Part shown: positions 60,945-64,000 of the stretch, piece by piece
How the letters are laid out: every line of letters starts with the position of its first letter
Position numbering within the stretch: position 1 is the first letter of the stretch
Assembly (NCBI GenBank): GCA_965637545.1
Contig: OZ281499.1
Span: forward strand, 10,788,001-10,852,000
From: Phallusia mammillata
Lineage: Eukaryota
Length of the DNA: 64,000 bases
Direction of reading: 5' to 3'
The notes under the pieces: generated by a model
What the model was told of the DNA's origin: nothing
The model's input: only the letters and a program-made list of their open reading frames with translations
The model's database searches: none
Made by a program: the position numbers and the translations under genes

Positions 60945-63739
60945 TGCTGGGAAGAAGTAATTGAGAAATCAAAGATGGTGCAGAGAAAACAAAAAATTGC
61001 ACAGTTTAACCAACAAAACAGGTTGGGTTTTATTGTGTTTAAAATAATACACGATTACTCAACGTATTAATAAAGACTAAATATAACACAAACATCTGCA
61101 GTTAGCAACAAAAAAGTCTGCAAATGCACTTTTCCACGACTTTAGACAAACTCAAATTACATACAGGAAATTGTTACAATTTTAGGTATTTCTTTTACAT
61201 AGGTGGCACAAAAGGGGCATTGCCTGCATCCCAATAAAATATGGTATTGGTTTTCCATCATCCTGGTGTCATGGTGGTGCATTAGTTCACGTTTACACTG
61301 ACGGTTCGGTTTATTTATCACATGGAGGAACTGAAATGGGACAAGGATTACACACAAAGATGCTACAGGTAATCATTTGTTCCATATTTTGGCAGCGTTC
61401 GGAATTTGTTTGAGTGACCTTTCATGCGATTTAACCCTAATCGACCGTTAGTGCTTGATTCTGTGTCCTACCGAAACTCAAACACACACAACACGAACAC
61501 AGTGTAAATACATGAAGCCCAGAACAAGTCTGACCTAGCTATACTCCCAAAACCACACTGTCCTAAAGAACTAATCAACATGTATTGCCTGTATGTCAAA
61601 ACATCACCACAGTTAAAAAAAGTGATTTCAGTTGTTCCAGAATGGTTTACAACCCAATTCAAGATATTTGAATCTGATTATTTCCTGCTACTGTTTGGTT
61701 ACGTCGAAAAGTAATCATGTTAAATAGCAACCGTTTAAAATCATATGAATCATTTCTACTTTTATTACAAAACAGGTAGCGGGGAGATGTCTTGGTATTC
61801 CTTTGTCGCGAATTCACATTTGTGAGACGAGTACAGATACTGTTGCCAACACAAGAGCGACAGCAGCAAGTTTTAGTACTGATCTTAATGGAATGGCAAT
61901 TAAGGTGAATTATTGTGGTGCCTGATTTAACAAATTCGCAAATCACAAATAATCTGGCAAACGTCGAAAGTTGTGAAAGTCATGAACATATTCAGGATGC
62001 GTGTGACACGATTACGGAAAGACTATATCCGCTCAGAAAACAACATCCTAACTTGGAATGGAATGATTTGATACTAAAAGCTTACAATGAACGAATCTGC
62101 CTCTCTGCCACTGGTTATCACAAGTGAGAAAAATATATATATTTCTTGTTTTTGCCTTCATAGGCGTAAGCGACGCATTATGCTTTTCAGGACACCTGGA
62201 ATGTTTTCCACTTGGGACTCTGAAACAGGTATAGTCGAAGGCCGCCCTGCTTGCTTTTTTTCATACGGTGCAGCTGTGTCCGAAGTCGAAGTGGACTGCT
62301 TGACCGGTGATCACGTGGTGCTTCAAACTGACATTGTGATGGACGTCGGAAGAAGTCTTAACCCTGCCATCGATATTGGACAGGTTTGCAAATTTGCAAA
62401 GCTACAAAACTCTGATCTTCGTGTAACATGTCTTTGTTCTGTTGCAGATTGAAGGGGCGTTTGTTCAGGGTTACGGGTTGTTTACCATGGAGGAGCCCTT
62501 GCACACCCCTGGTGGTCAGGTTATTACGTCAGGACCCGGTGTGTATAAGATTTCTGGTTTCGGGGATTGCCCGCGGAATTTCAATGTGCACCTTTTAAGA
62601 AACTCTGATAATGACCGAGCAATATATTCGTCGAAGGTACAACTATTTAATTTAAAAACAACTTTTTTTGCTTCTTTACCGTGTATTTATCAGATCTAAT
62701 CAGAGACTATAAATGAAGTATTTTTATCAATCGATTTTGGATTTGTAAATTGCATTTCAATTAATCTACAGCGATTGTATTTAATTTGTTGTACGGCCAG
62801 ATATTTATAATTCGAAAACCTCTCAGCTTAAATGAATTTGTGATATTTGTCCATACAAGATAACCTTCGACCAAGACTATGCCAATATAAACTGGATATC
62901 AACATTGCAATGATTAAGAAATCAATAACTGTTTTTTGTTTTATTGGTAAAAAGTATAATAAAACATAAAAAACATGCACGCAACATATCTTGAATTATT
63001 ATGTAACCAAGTTTATTTACCTTGCTTGTCGTTTAAATGTATTAATTGGAATACTGGTAGGCCCGTTATTTTCAGAGACGATGTTTTACAGGGTGTGGGA
63101 GAACCACCACTTTGTCTAGCGTCTTCGGTGTTTTTCGCAATCAAAGACGCGATTCAATTTGCTCGGAAGGAATCGGGATTGTTCGGATGGTTTCGACTCG
63201 ACTCCCCAGCAACGTCCGAATCAATCCGAATGGCATGTGGAGATTGTTTTACAAAACAGGTTTGTTTTCGCAGGTGGGGATGAGTCGTGTTAAAGTTTTA
63301 AAAATCCTTTTACTTCAGCATGAACATCACATTGACCCAAAAGTAGAAAAGGACCTGAAACCATGGAGCATTCGAGCCTGATGACCAGTGTAATTTTTTC
63401 ATTGTGCAAATAACATTTTTGCTAGTATGCTTGTACGTAACTTTGTAATCATCAATATGTTGTCCTATGGGTTTTTTGTTTTTATTCCAATTATATATAT
63501 ATACATACTCATATAGGCCTATATCAGCACACTTGTAAAATATAAATAAAATACGTACCGTTTGCGGCATCAAAATATGTGTACATTCCTAATGACTACC
63601 CAAATACGTTTTGGAAATCGCGTTTCATGCATTTTTGCCTCTGTAAAGAATTGTAGAAACTTTGCCATAGTTACGGCCGACCAATCGTCAAATTGATCTA
63701 TATTTTTTGTGCGTTTTAATCGAAAATTAGTGTTTAAAT

Positions 63740-63956
63740 CAGTGGTTCTCAAACTCGGTTTTCGGGGCTGCATGCGGCTCCAAACTACTTATTTTGCGGC
63801 TCGCTCCAGACCTCAGAAAACAACCAAACATTGCTATTTTAGCTTTCAAAGTCATAATCTTTAGTGATTTTCTTAAGGTTTCGTTTTTTTTGCGGCTCCC
63901 TACACACTTAAAAAATACAATTTGACCCCGACAATAAAAAAGTTTGAGAACCATTG
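63740..63956 (+). mobile_element. hAT MITE downstream of XDH-C; same family as 8929-9140
   Basis: TIRs CAGTGGTTCTCAAACT / AGTTTGAGAACCATTG (15/16); TSD GTTTAAAT / GTTTAAAA. Confidence 0.85.
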
Positions 63957-64000
63957 GTTTAAAACTTTAAATGGTATATGATGCTCTTTTCTGATTGTTT

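Larger units (their letters stand above)
41461..63381 (+). pseudogene. XDH/AOX paralogue C (30 exons), disrupted in this sequence by a frameshift and an exonic LTR retrotransposon
   Basis: Exons: 41461-41529, 42015-42072, 42507-42603, 42663-42771, 42848-43016, 48610-48687, 48749-48867 (GC donor), 49052-49288 (237 nt versus 238 in A and B; TAG at 49277-49279), 49449-49606, 49798-50007, 50071-50255, 50312-50486, 50585-50674, 50919-51033, 51153-51331, 51748-51870, 52046-52152, 52223-52343, 52462-52589, 52654-52741, 52986-53113, 53295-53445, exon 23 split (53748-53830 and 60950-61021), 61203-61368, 61776-61904, 61996-62123, 62191-62383, 62448-62636, 63092-63259, 63319-63381. Confidence 0.9.

Noticed and set aside
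5190-63390. Other CTGANGA heptamers (for example near 5190, 6633, 28436, 57742, 63378)
   Set aside because: No stem II plus GAAA geometry, so they are not hammerheads.
1-64000. Most short ORFs in the supplied track (antisense to XDH exons, alternative frames inside gag-pol, intron read-throughs)
   Set aside because: They are explained as shadows of the spliced genes or TEs and have no independent motifs.
1-64000. CRISPR arrays, rRNA, operon-type prokaryotic signals
   Set aside because: None seen; the window is intron-rich eukaryotic DNA.

Overview
AT-rich animal genomic DNA with many short spliceosomal introns (shortest coding introns about 56-60 nt). An invertebrate chordate such as an ascidian is my inference, not something the sequence proves. 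I rebuilt five spliced genes by hand from GT/GC-AG boundaries. (1) The 5' part of a ZDHHC1/11-type palmitoyltransferase on the minus strand, running off the window start. (2) Head-to-head with it, a 10-exon ornithine-decarboxylase (ODC) paralogue of 434 aa that keeps the PLP-binding residues but has lost catalytic Cys360 and both acidic substrate-binding residues (D332R, D361A). (3-5) Three 30-exon xanthine dehydrogenase/aldehyde oxidase paralogues: XDH-A (minus, 1361 aa), XDH-B (plus, 1359 aa) and XDH-C (plus). None keeps the canonical Glu802/Arg880 pair; they carry A/K, E/K and D/K. They share exon-limited identity patches that suggest gene conversion. XDH-C is broken by a 1-nt frameshift and by an intact, apparently very young BEL/Pao LTR retrotransposon inserted in exon 23. 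Other elements: Penelope-like elements carrying minimal hammerhead ribozymes (two clear, plus one degenerate inverted pair), a Penelope 5' inversion whose overlap differs at two synonymous sites, a TSD-flanked tRNA-like cassette of unusual architecture, and about nine hAT/Buster-type elements with 8-bp TSDs. The most novel candidate is the remodelled ODC-fold enzyme next to three remodelled molybdo-hydroxylases; a functional link between them is a hypothesis only. All alignments to human/bovine residue numbers were done by eye from memory and need computational confirmation.
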